A stretch of DNA of 64,000 nucleotides from Candidatus Scatosoma sp. (GTDB lineage: Bacteria; Bacillota; Clostridia; Christensenellales; Borkfalkiaceae): the NCBI GenBank assembly GCA_045124465.1, contig JBGVLV010000019.1:1054-65053 (forward strand), in the 5' to 3' direction. The position numbers and the translations under genes are program-made. Of the stretch, positions 27,685-35,195 are shown one piece after another (the first letter of the stretch is position 1; the number at the start of each line of letters is the position of its first letter). The notes beneath the pieces are model-generated. The model did no database searches, was not told the DNA's origin, and saw only the letters and a list, made by a program, of their open reading frames with translations.

Positions 27685-28749
27685 TTAACCGATCTTATGG
27701 ACCCAACCGAACGTATCCTCCGCTTTGCCCCATTGAATACCCGTCAGAATATCGTAGAGTTTCTGCGTGACCTCGCCGATCTTGCCGTCGTTGATCTCGT
27801 ATTCGGCGTCTTCGTACGCAAGCTTGCCGATGGGCGACACGACCGCCGCCGTTCCGCAGCCCCAAGCCTCTTCCAGCTTGCCCGCTTTCATCGCCGCAAC
27901 AAGCTCGTCTACCGACAACAGCCGTTCGCTGACTTTATATCCCAAAGACTTCAAGACCTCGATACAGCTCTTGCGCGTGATACCGGGCAATATCGACCCC
28001 GTGAGCTTGGGCGTCACGATCTCGCCGTCGATCTTGAACATAACGTTCATCGCGCCGACCTCTTCGATATATTTGCGCTCTACGCCGTCCAGCCAAAGCA
28101 CCTGCGAATAGCCTTTCTTCGCCGCTCTTTCGCCCGCTCTCGTGCTTGCCGCGTAGTTCCCGCCGCACTTCGCGTAGCCCGTTCCGCCGCGGACCGTTCT
28201 CACGTCCTCGCTTTCGATCATGATCTTGACGGGGTTGATCCCCTCCGCGTAATAACTGCCGCTCGGCGAGGCGATGAGCATAAATCTCGCTCTGTGTACC
28301 GCGTGTACGCCCAGGCTCTCGTCGTTGCCGAACATAAACGGACGGAGATAGAGCGAAGTCCCGAACGACTTCGGCACGAACCGTTCTTCGAGTTTTACGA
28401 ACGTTTCCAAAATTTCGAGCGCGTCGCCCTCGTCCAAAAGAGGCAGACTCATACGCTCCGCGGAATTGTTCATACGTTTGATATTTTCAAGCGGTCTGAA
28501 CAGCTGTACGCCGCCGTCCTCGCGGCGGTACGCTTTCAAACCTTCGAATATTTCCGCGCCGTAATGGAGTACCGTCGAGGCGGGGTGCAGCGATATGTTC
28601 CCGAACGGAACGATCCTCGCGTCGAACCAGCCTTTCCCCTCCTCGTAGTCCATTAAAAACATATGGTCGGTGAATACTTTCCCGAACCCCAGTTTGTCTT
28701 CCGGCGGCATCTGTTTGGGAGTCGTCGTTTTCGTGATCTTGATTTCCAT
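27685..28749 (-). CDS. ilvE: Branched-chain amino-acid aminotransferase
   Basis: 354-aa ORF of the class IV aminotransferase type (FGKVFTDHMF, GGTGYAKCGGNYAAS). Confidence 0.94.
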   Translation of the reverse strand: MEIKITKTTTPKQMPPEDKLGFGKVFTDHMFLMDYEEGKGWFDARIVPFGNISLHPASTVLHYGAEIFEGLKAYRREDGGVQLFRPLENIKRMNNSAERMSLPLLDEGDALEILETFVKLEERFVPKSFGTSLYLRPFMFGNDESLGVHAVHRARFMLIASPSGSYYAEGINPVKIMIESEDVRTVRGGTGYAKCGGNYAASTRAGERAAKKGYSQVLWLDGVERKYIEEVGAMNVMFKIDGEIVTPKLTGSILPGITRKSCIEVLKSLGYKVSERLLSVDELVAAMKAGKLEEAWGCGTAAVVSPIGKLAYEDAEYEINDGKIGEVTQKLYDILTGIQWGKAEDTFGWVHKIG

Positions 28750-28811
28750 TTCAACCTCCCTGTTTCAATTCGAAAAACGAATTGATATTCTTCCTTTAAT
28801 TTATTTATACA

Positions 28812-28840
28812 ATAATAGCACACTAAACTTGCGAAGTCAA
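28812..28840 (-). promoter_or_regulatory. Candidate sigma-A promoter of ilvE
   Basis: Read on the twin at 39855-39883: TTGACT, a 17-nt spacer, then TGcTATTAT. The 5' UTR carries the palindrome CAATTCG-ttttt-CGAATTG (28766-28784). Confidence 0.45.
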
Positions 28841-28877
28841 CTATTCCGCGCGGAAATTTTCGGTTTTTTTGAAAAAA

Positions 28878-30440
28878 TTAGATATTTTCTTCGTTTCCCG
28901 CCTCGATGTCGCGGATAAATTCTTCGTTCTGCTCGGGGTACACCGAAAGCATAGGCTGTATATCCGCGCCCTTCTTGCGGTCGAAATAGTTCTTGGTGAT
29001 CTTGACGATAAGCCCGCTCATCAGCACCAGACCGATCAGGTTGGGGAGCGCCATCAGTCCGTTGAACGTATCCGAGATCGCCCAGGCAAGTTCGCCGTCG
29101 ATGACCGCCGACACGATGACGAGGAGTACGTACGCGATCTTAAAGACGGTCGTCGCGATCTTTCTGCCCTTATCGCCCGTCGGACGGAAGAGGAAATCCA
29201 CCGCCTTTTCCCCGTAGTACGACCACGCGAGCGTCGTCGTGAACGAGAACAGCGGAATGATGGTGGAATATACCACCGTTCCGAACGCCCCGAACATCTC
29301 CTCGAACGCCATCATCGACACCGTGGTGTCCACGTAGTTGCCGCCGTAAAGCACTTCGAAGTTATCCCCGAACGTTACGAGGATAACGAGCGCGGTCAGC
29401 GTGCATATAATGAAAGTATCGAAGAACACTTCGAAAATACCCCAAAGTCCCTGTTTGACGGGTTCGCGGGTCTTGGACGCGCTGTGCGCGATGACGGACG
29501 AACCGAGTCCCGCCTCGTTGGAGAACACGCCGCGGGCAAGACCTTTTTTGATGATATCCGCGAACACGAATCCCGCAAAGCCGCCGACCGCCGCCTTGAA
29601 CGAGAATATATTCGTAAAGATGAGCGCGAACGCGCCGCCGACCGCCGTAATATTCGCAAAAATGATGACGAGCGCCATCAAGATGAACAAAAGCGACATA
29701 AACGGCACGAGAATGGACGCTACGCGGCCGATGCTCTTGATCCCGCCCAAAATGATGAGCGCAAGCACGACGGCTACGACGATACCGACGACAAGACCGA
29801 TGACCGTTTTGTTCCCGTCGGAGAACACGCTTTGGAAGGTGAGCGACATTTTGTTCGTCTGCGCGCCGCTCATACCGATCGCCGCGAGGGTACAGAACAC
29901 CGCCGCCATCACGCCGAGCGTTTTGCCAAGCCCTTTCAAAAACGAGCCTTTCTTGCCTTCGACGTTCCTGCCCAAGCCCTCGGAAAGGTAGTACGCGGGT
30001 CCGCCCGAAAAGTCGCCCGTGTTCTTGTCCTTTTTACGGAAGAACATACCGAGCACGTTTTCGGCGTAGTTGGTGACCATACCGAAGAACGCGGATATCC
30101 ACATCCAGAACACCGCGCCCGGACCGCCCGTCATAATCGCGGACGAAACGCCGATGATATTCCCCGTGCCGACCGTGCCCGAAATGGCGGTGGCGAACGC
30201 CTCGAACGGGGAGATGGAATTTTCTTTGTCGTTCTTCGACCGTTTCTTGCCCATGCCTTTGACGGCGGGGACGATGGTCGAGTTCAAGGACGCGCCGAAT
30301 TTATGCACCTGCATAAACTTCGTCCGTACGGTGAGCAGTATGCCCGTGCCGAGGATCAGCACGATCATCGGCCAGCCCCAGACGATGTTGTTGAGGAAAG
30401 TGTTTACTTTCTCAACGCCCGAAAGGATAGTTTCCCACAT
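28878..30440 (-). CDS. Alanine/glycine:cation symporter (AGCS) family transporter
   Basis: 520-aa polytopic ORF with the AGCS-type motif FATAISGTVGTGNIIGV. A glycine riboswitch lies upstream. Confidence 0.92.
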   Translation of the reverse strand: MWETILSGVEKVNTFLNNIVWGWPMIVLILGTGILLTVRTKFMQVHKFGASLNSTIVPAVKGMGKKRSKNDKENSISPFEAFATAISGTVGTGNIIGVSSAIMTGGPGAVFWMWISAFFGMVTNYAENVLGMFFRKKDKNTGDFSGGPAYYLSEGLGRNVEGKKGSFLKGLGKTLGVMAAVFCTLAAIGMSGAQTNKMSLTFQSVFSDGNKTVIGLVVGIVVAVVLALIILGGIKSIGRVASILVPFMSLLFILMALVIIFANITAVGGAFALIFTNIFSFKAAVGGFAGFVFADIIKKGLARGVFSNEAGLGSSVIAHSASKTREPVKQGLWGIFEVFFDTFIICTLTALVILVTFGDNFEVLYGGNYVDTTVSMMAFEEMFGAFGTVVYSTIIPLFSFTTTLAWSYYGEKAVDFLFRPTGDKGRKIATTVFKIAYVLLVIVSAVIDGELAWAISDTFNGLMALPNLIGLVLMSGLIVKITKNYFDRKKGADIQPMLSVYPEQNEEFIRDIEAGNEENI

Positions 30441-30552
30441 TGTTTGTTTCCTCCTGCGTGGAAATAAAAAAATAAAACGAAGTAAACGCTCACGCGCGCA
30501 CTTCGCTCAAAAAACGGTATTATTCGCCCTTTTCGGTTGGAAAAAGAGAGCA

Positions 30553-30759
30553 ATACTTCGTCCTTTTGCCTGAGAGATTTACAAAACGCGGGTACGCCCG
30601 TTTTTTGCATTGCCCCTTCGGCACCCGCGGAAAACAAAAACGCGGACTTCTCCAAAGTGCTATCCGAGCGCGGTTCCCGATCTTGCGATCACCTGAGAGG
30701 TTTACTCCTTCGGTCAGACGGAAACGTCTGTCTTCCGCACCCTTCATTTAGCGTTTGCT
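30553..30759 (-). promoter_or_regulatory. Tandem glycine riboswitch leader
   Basis: Read on the twin at 37936-38142. Aptamer 2 is canonical: GGAGAAG, hairpin, GUGCCGAAGGGGCAA, hairpin, AUCUCUCAGGCAAAAGGAC. Aptamer 1 is a variant: GGAAGA, hairpin CAGACG/CGUCUG, ACCGAAGGAGUAA, CUCUCAGG, then a mini-hairpin GAUC-GCAA-GAUC. A candidate terminator (stem CGAAGU/ACUUCG plus a U-run, 38189-38232) precedes the SD. Confidence 0.8.
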
Positions 30760-30766
30760 ATATCCC

Positions 30767-30796
30767 ATCATAGCATAATTTGTCCGAACGTGTCAA
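30767..30796 (-). promoter_or_regulatory. Candidate sigma-A promoter of the glycine riboswitch-AGCS unit
   Basis: Read on the twin at 37899-37928: TTGACA, an 18-nt spacer, then TGcTATGAT. Confidence 0.5.
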
Positions 30797-30848
30797 TAAA
30801 TTTTTACACCGTTTTCACATTTTTTTGTACTTTTTCTTCTCTCAATCG

Positions 30849-30878
30849 TTGGCTTTTTTCCGCGCGGTATGTTATAAT
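30849..30878 (+). promoter_or_regulatory. Candidate sigma-A promoter of the galM-DUF1538-P-II unit
   Basis: TTGGCT (30849-30854), an 18-nt spacer containing TTTCCGCGCGGTAT, then TGtTATAAT (-10 at 30873-30878). Confidence 0.45.
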
Positions 30879-30908
30879 ACTGATAAATAAAAAATAAAGG
30901 AAACGGCT

Positions 30909-31937
30909 ATGATCAAAAAGACTTACGAATTCGAAAACAACGGCGAAACATACGCGGTGTACACCCTCTCCAACGCGAAGGGCAGCGAAATGGATATCCT
31001 GACCTACGGCGCGCGTATCACGCGCATTTCCGTACCCGACAAAAACGGCGCGTTCGGCGACGTGATCGTCGGCTACGCAAAACCCGAAGACTACTGCGGC
31101 AAGACGGCGTATTACGGCGCGACCATCGGCAGATTCGGCAACCGTATCGAAAAGGGCAGATTCACGATCGGCGGCAAGAGCTATCAGCTCGAAATCAACG
31201 ATCGGAGCAATTCCCTCCACGGCGGTACGACCGCGAATTTCGATTCGCAAAACTGGACTGCGAAGATCGAGGGCGACAAGCTCGTGACCTCGCTTATCTC
31301 CCCCGACGGCGCGGGCGGATACCCCGGTACGATGAACGTCAGCGTTACTTTCTCGCTCACCGACGAGGACGAAGTGGTGATCGAATATCTCGCGACGACG
31401 GATAAGGACACCCCCTGCAACCTCACCAACCACGCCTATTTCAACCTCGGCGGGCAGGACACGATCCTTTCGCACGAGCTTATGATCAAGGCGAGCAAAC
31501 TCACGCCCGTGGACGACGAACTTATTCCCCACGGCGAATATATGGACATCGTCGGAACGCCCTATTCGTTCGATCCCGCGAAAAAGCTGGGCGCGGATAT
31601 GTTCTCGGACGCGAAGATGATCAAGGACTGCAACGGTTACGACTTCAACTACTGTCTTGACCGCGCGGGAAAGGGTCTGGAACATTTCGCGTACGTGTAC
31701 GACGAGGAATCGGGCAGAAAGATGGACTGCTACACCACTTTGCCGGGCGTTCAGCTCTACACCGCTTGCCACATGAGTTTAAGCGGCAAAAAACAGTACG
31801 GCGACCATTGCTCGCTCTGCTTGGAAACGCAAGGTTTCCCCAACTCCCCCAACTGTCCCGAGTATCCCTCGACGGTTTTGAAAGCGGGCGAGGAATACCG
31901 CGAAACGACGGTGTATAAATTCTCCGTAGTCAAATAA
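30909..31937 (+). CDS. galM: Aldose 1-epimerase (galactose mutarotase)
   Basis: 342-aa ORF with NSLHGG and a pattern typical of the aldose-1-epimerase family. Confidence 0.9.
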   Translation: MIKKTYEFENNGETYAVYTLSNAKGSEMDILTYGARITRISVPDKNGAFGDVIVGYAKPEDYCGKTAYYGATIGRFGNRIEKGRFTIGGKSYQLEINDRSNSLHGGTTANFDSQNWTAKIEGDKLVTSLISPDGAGGYPGTMNVSVTFSLTDEDEVVIEYLATTDKDTPCNLTNHAYFNLGGQDTILSHELMIKASKLTPVDDELIPHGEYMDIVGTPYSFDPAKKLGADMFSDAKMIKDCNGYDFNYCLDRAGKGLEHFAYVYDEESGRKMDCYTTLPGVQLYTACHMSLSGKKQYGDHCSLCLETQGFPNSPNCPEYPSTVLKAGEEYRETTVYKFSVVK

Positions 31938-31946
31938 CGAAAAAAC

Positions 31947-31968
31947 TTTTTGCAAGGTTTTTGCAAGG
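31947..31968. repeat. Perfect tandem direct repeat TTTTTGCAAGG x2, immediately upstream of the DUF1538 gene
   Basis: 31947-31957 and 31958-31968 are identical. Each copy contains the self-complementary hexamer TTGCAA, so the two hexamers are 11 bp apart. Confidence 0.85.
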
Positions 31969-31975
31969 GTACGAT

Positions 31976-33499
31976 ATGCTGAAAGCGCTTTTCAAAAAAC
32001 TCAAAGAGTCGGCGATCTCAGTGTTACCGGTAACGCTCATCGTCCTGCTCCTCAACTGCACCCCGCTCGTGGACTTTTCGACGAGCGAGGTCGTCGTTTT
32101 CGTCGTCTGCGCCCTCGCGCTCATCGTCGGTATGGCGCTTTTCAACCTCGGCGCGGACATCGCCATGACCCCGATGGGCGAACAGGTCGGTTCGGGTCTG
32201 CCTAAAAAGGGTAAATTCAAAACGTTGCTCCTCATCTGTTTGGTGATGGGCATTTTCGTCACGATCGCCGAACCCGATCTTTCCGTACTTGCCTCGCAGG
32301 TGCAAGACGTCATCAACGGCACGGCGCTCACCGTCGCCATCGGCGTGGGCGTGGGCGTGTTCTTGGTGCTGTCCGTGCTCCGCGTGGTGTTCCGTCTGAA
32401 CCTTTCGCACCTGATGACCTTTTTCTATATGCTCTTATTCGCGATCGCGGCGCTCATCATCGTGCAGGGTAACGAGAGCTTTCTCGCCCTCGCGTTCGAC
32501 TCGGGCGGCGTGACGACGGGGCCTATCACCGTGCCGTTCATTATGGCGCTCGGCGTGGGCGTGGCGGCGGCGCTCGGCGACAAGCGCGACCGCGAGAGCA
32601 GTTTCGGTTTCATCGCACTCTGCTCGATCGGTCCTATCCTCGCCGTGCTTATCCTCGGTCTGACCGCGAACGGCGAAGTGGCGTATTCGTTGCCCGATTA
32701 CGCGATGCACTCGGAGATGGCGGCGATCGGAGAAACGGTCTTCGAAACGTGCAAAGAAGTGTTCGTCGCGTTGTTGCCCATCGTCGCGTTCTTCTTCCTC
32801 TTGCAATTCTTACTGCTCAAATTACCCAAAAAACGTATCGTACAGATCGTCGTGGGTATCTTCTATACCTTCTTCGGCTTGGTGATCTTCCTCACCGCCG
32901 TAGCCGTCGGGTTCATGCCCGTCGGGTATAAGATGGGCGCGCAGCTCGCCGAACACAGCCCCGTGCTCCTCGTCGCGTTCGCGTTCCTGCTCGGCGTTAC
33001 CGTCGTGCTTGCCGAACCCGCGATCCACGTCCTTAACAAACAGGTCGAATCGGTGACGGGCGGCGCGGTGAGCAAACGTTCTATGCTCATAGCCCTGTCC
33101 GCGGGCGTAGGCGCGGCGATCGCGCTGTCCGTTCTGCGGGTCATCTTCGATTTCAGCGTTTTGTATTACCTGATACCCGGTTACTTTATCGCGCTCGGAT
33201 TGTCCTTCTTCGTACCGAAGATCTACACGGCGATCGCGTTCGACTCGGGCGGCGTAGCGAGCGGACCTCTGACTTCGAGTTTCATTCTCCCCTTCGTCAT
33301 CGGTATCTGCGCCGTTTTGCAGGGCGAGAGCAAAGTTTTGGTGGACGCGTTCGGACTGGTGTCCATGGTCGCGATGACCCCGCTCATCACCATTCAGATA
33401 CTCGGTTTCAAAGCCGTCGTCACCAAGCGCGTACGCGAGAAGGTCGCGATGAAACGTATCCTCGGCGCGGACGACAAACAGATCATCAATTTTCTTTAA
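31976..33499 (+). CDS. Membrane protein made of two tandem DUF1538-like halves (putative transporter)
   Basis: The start is set to the ATG at 31976 (the track start at 31961 is a TTG). The 507-aa protein is polytopic. An internal duplication is visible: TIAEPDLSVLASQV / VLAEPAIHVLNKQV and AFDSGGVTTGPITVPF / AFDSGGVASGPLTSSF. Confidence 0.8.
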   Translation: MLKALFKKLKESAISVLPVTLIVLLLNCTPLVDFSTSEVVVFVVCALALIVGMALFNLGADIAMTPMGEQVGSGLPKKGKFKTLLLICLVMGIFVTIAEPDLSVLASQVQDVINGTALTVAIGVGVGVFLVLSVLRVVFRLNLSHLMTFFYMLLFAIAALIIVQGNESFLALAFDSGGVTTGPITVPFIMALGVGVAAALGDKRDRESSFGFIALCSIGPILAVLILGLTANGEVAYSLPDYAMHSEMAAIGETVFETCKEVFVALLPIVAFFFLLQFLLLKLPKKRIVQIVVGIFYTFFGLVIFLTAVAVGFMPVGYKMGAQLAEHSPVLLVAFAFLLGVTVVLAEPAIHVLNKQVESVTGGAVSKRSMLIALSAGVGAAIALSVLRVIFDFSVLYYLIPGYFIALGLSFFVPKIYTAIAFDSGGVASGPLTSSFILPFVIGICAVLQGESKVLVDAFGLVSMVAMTPLITIQILGFKAVVTKRVREKVAMKRILGADDKQIINFL

Positions 33500-33511
33500 G
33501 GAGGGGCAGGT

Positions 33512-33922
33512 ATGGGATTACCGAAACTTACGAGAAAAAGTAAAAAGTCGCGCTCGGCGGTAAACTCCGATTTCAAAAAGCTCAAACTGCTCGTCACCGT
33601 CGTCAATCGGAGCAAGACGGAATTCTACGCCGATCTGCTCGGCGGGTTCGAGATCAATTTCCAAACGAGCGTTTTGGGGCAAGGCACGGCGAGGTCGGAA
33701 ACGCTGCACCTGCTCGGACTGGAAGACTCGGACAAAGGGGTCATCTTCTCGATCGTACGCGAGGACCGCGCCGCGGACGCGCTCGCGGCGCTGGACGAGA
33801 AGTTCCGCACCGTAAAGAACGGCAAAGGCATCGCGTTCACCGTTCCCTTATCCAGCGTGGTCGGGGTCGCGATCTATCGGTTTTTAAGCAATAACAGAAC
33901 GCCCGTCAAGGAGGAGAAATAA
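33512..33922 (+). CDS. P-II (GlnB-like) family small protein, copy 1, with a basic N-terminal tail
   Basis: 136-aa ORF with SD AAGGAGGGG and a 12-nt gap after the DUF1538 gene. It shows a beta-alpha-beta pattern (LLVTVVNRSKTEFYADLL ... VIFSIVREDRAADALAAL ... GIAFTVPL). Confidence 0.6.
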   Translation: MGLPKLTRKSKKSRSAVNSDFKKLKLLVTVVNRSKTEFYADLLGGFEINFQTSVLGQGTARSETLHLLGLEDSDKGVIFSIVREDRAADALAALDEKFRTVKNGKGIAFTVPLSSVVGVAIYRFLSNNRTPVKEEK

Positions 33923-33924
33923 TT

Positions 33925-34308
33925 ATGGAACAGAAATTCACGCACGAGGCTATCTTCTGCATCGTCAACAGCGGTTACAGCGACACGGTCATGGACGCGG
34001 CGAAAAAGATCGGCGCGCGCGGCGGCACGGTCATCAACGCGCGCGGCACGGCGGGAAAGGAGGCGGAAACGTTCTTCGGCATTTCCGTTCAGCCCGAAAA
34101 GGAGATCGTAATGATCCTCGTACCCGCAAAGCTCAAAGACAAACTTTTGAACGCCCTGTACGAGGAGGCGGGTCTGAACTCGGCGGGTCAAGGTATCGCG
34201 TTCTCTCTGCCCGTGGACGGCGTTGTGGGTATGTCGGAATTCCCCGACAAGAAAGACCCGCAACAGATCTCCGTTTTCCACCCAAGCGAAGAACCTGCGG
34301 AAGTATAA
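33925..34308 (+). CDS. P-II (GlnB-like) family small protein, copy 2
   Basis: 127-aa ORF with SD AAGGAGGAG and a 2-nt gap after copy 1. The segments AIFCIVNSGYSDTVMDAAKKIGARGGTVINARGTAGKE ... IVMILVPAKLKDKLLNAL ... GIAFSLPV are typical of P-II-like proteins encoded next to DUF1538 genes. Confidence 0.65.
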   Translation: MEQKFTHEAIFCIVNSGYSDTVMDAAKKIGARGGTVINARGTAGKEAETFFGISVQPEKEIVMILVPAKLKDKLLNALYEEAGLNSAGQGIAFSLPVDGVVGMSEFPDKKDPQQISVFHPSEEPAEV

Positions 34309-34325
34309 TCGAAAAATAAGAAAAA

Positions 34326-34369
34326 GAAACGCCGCCCCGAACTTACGCGTAAGTTCGGGGCGGCGTTTC
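34326..34369. terminator. Terminator hairpin whose loop is the symmetry axis of the giant palindrome
   Basis: GAAACGCCGCCCCGAACTTACG|CGTAAGTTCGGGGCGGCGTTTC, flanked by AAAAA upstream and TTTTT downstream. It lies 18 nt after the stop of P-II copy 2, and the axis falls between 34347 and 34348. Confidence 0.7.
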
Positions 34370-34386
34370 TTTTTCTTATTTTTCGA

Positions 34387-34770
34387 TTATACTTCCGCAG
34401 GTTCTTCGCTTGGGTGGAAAACGGAGATCTGTTGCGGGTCTTTCTTGTCGGGGAATTCCGACATACCCACAACGCCGTCCACGGGCAGAGAGAACGCGAT
34501 ACCTTGACCCGCCGAGTTCAGACCCGCCTCCTCGTACAGGGCGTTCAAAAGTTTGTCTTTGAGCTTTGCGGGTACGAGGATCATTACGATCTCCTTTTCG
34601 GGCTGAACGGAAATGCCGAAGAACGTTTCCGCCTCCTTTCCCGCCGTGCCGCGCGCGTTGATGACCGTGCCGCCGCGCGCGCCGATCTTTTTCGCCGCGT
34701 CCATGACCGTGTCGCTGTAACCGCTGTTGACGATGCAGAAGATAGCCTCGTGCGTGAATTTCTGTTCCAT
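34387..34770 (-). CDS. P-II (GlnB-like) family small protein, copy 2 (twin)
   Basis: Exact reverse-complement twin of 33925..34308, with an identical 127-aa translation. Confidence 0.65.
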   Translation of the reverse strand: MEQKFTHEAIFCIVNSGYSDTVMDAAKKIGARGGTVINARGTAGKEAETFFGISVQPEKEIVMILVPAKLKDKLLNALYEEAGLNSAGQGIAFSLPVDGVVGMSEFPDKKDPQQISVFHPSEEPAEV

Positions 34771-34772
34771 AA

Positions 34773-35183
34773 TTATTTCTCCTCCTTGACGGGCGTTCTG
34801 TTATTGCTTAAAAACCGATAGATCGCGACCCCGACCACGCTGGATAAGGGAACGGTGAACGCGATGCCTTTGCCGTTCTTTACGGTGCGGAACTTCTCGT
34901 CCAGCGCCGCGAGCGCGTCCGCGGCGCGGTCCTCGCGTACGATCGAGAAGATGACCCCTTTGTCCGAGTCTTCCAGTCCGAGCAGGTGCAGCGTTTCCGA
35001 CCTCGCCGTGCCTTGCCCCAAAACGCTCGTTTGGAAATTGATCTCGAACCCGCCGAGCAGATCGGCGTAGAATTCCGTCTTGCTCCGATTGACGACGGTG
35101 ACGAGCAGTTTGAGCTTTTTGAAATCGGAGTTTACCGCCGAGCGCGACTTTTTACTTTTTCTCGTAAGTTTCGGTAATCCCAT
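34773..35183 (-). CDS. P-II (GlnB-like) family small protein, copy 1 (twin)
   Basis: Exact reverse-complement twin of 33512..33922, with an identical 136-aa translation. Confidence 0.6.
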   Translation of the reverse strand: MGLPKLTRKSKKSRSAVNSDFKKLKLLVTVVNRSKTEFYADLLGGFEINFQTSVLGQGTARSETLHLLGLEDSDKGVIFSIVREDRAADALAALDEKFRTVKNGKGIAFTVPLSSVVGVAIYRFLSNNRTPVKEEK

Positions 35184-35195
35184 ACCTGCCCCTCC

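Noticed and set aside
34321-34374. A hairpin telomere or protelomerase resolution site of a linear replicon as the origin of the palindrome.
   Set aside because: The centre looks like an ordinary intrinsic terminator. The arms carry core housekeeping genes, and no protelomerase, partition or plasmid/phage replication genes are in the window. I keep it only as a low-probability alternative under the palindrome finding.
34188-34507. Two identical 94-aa ORFs (34188..34472 on the minus strand and 34223..34507 on the plus strand) crossing the palindrome axis.
   Set aside because: They are a by-product of the symmetry: each starts out of frame inside one P-II copy 2 gene, crosses the terminator hairpin and ends antisense within the twin P-II copy 2 gene. 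They have no SD and no plausible protein features.
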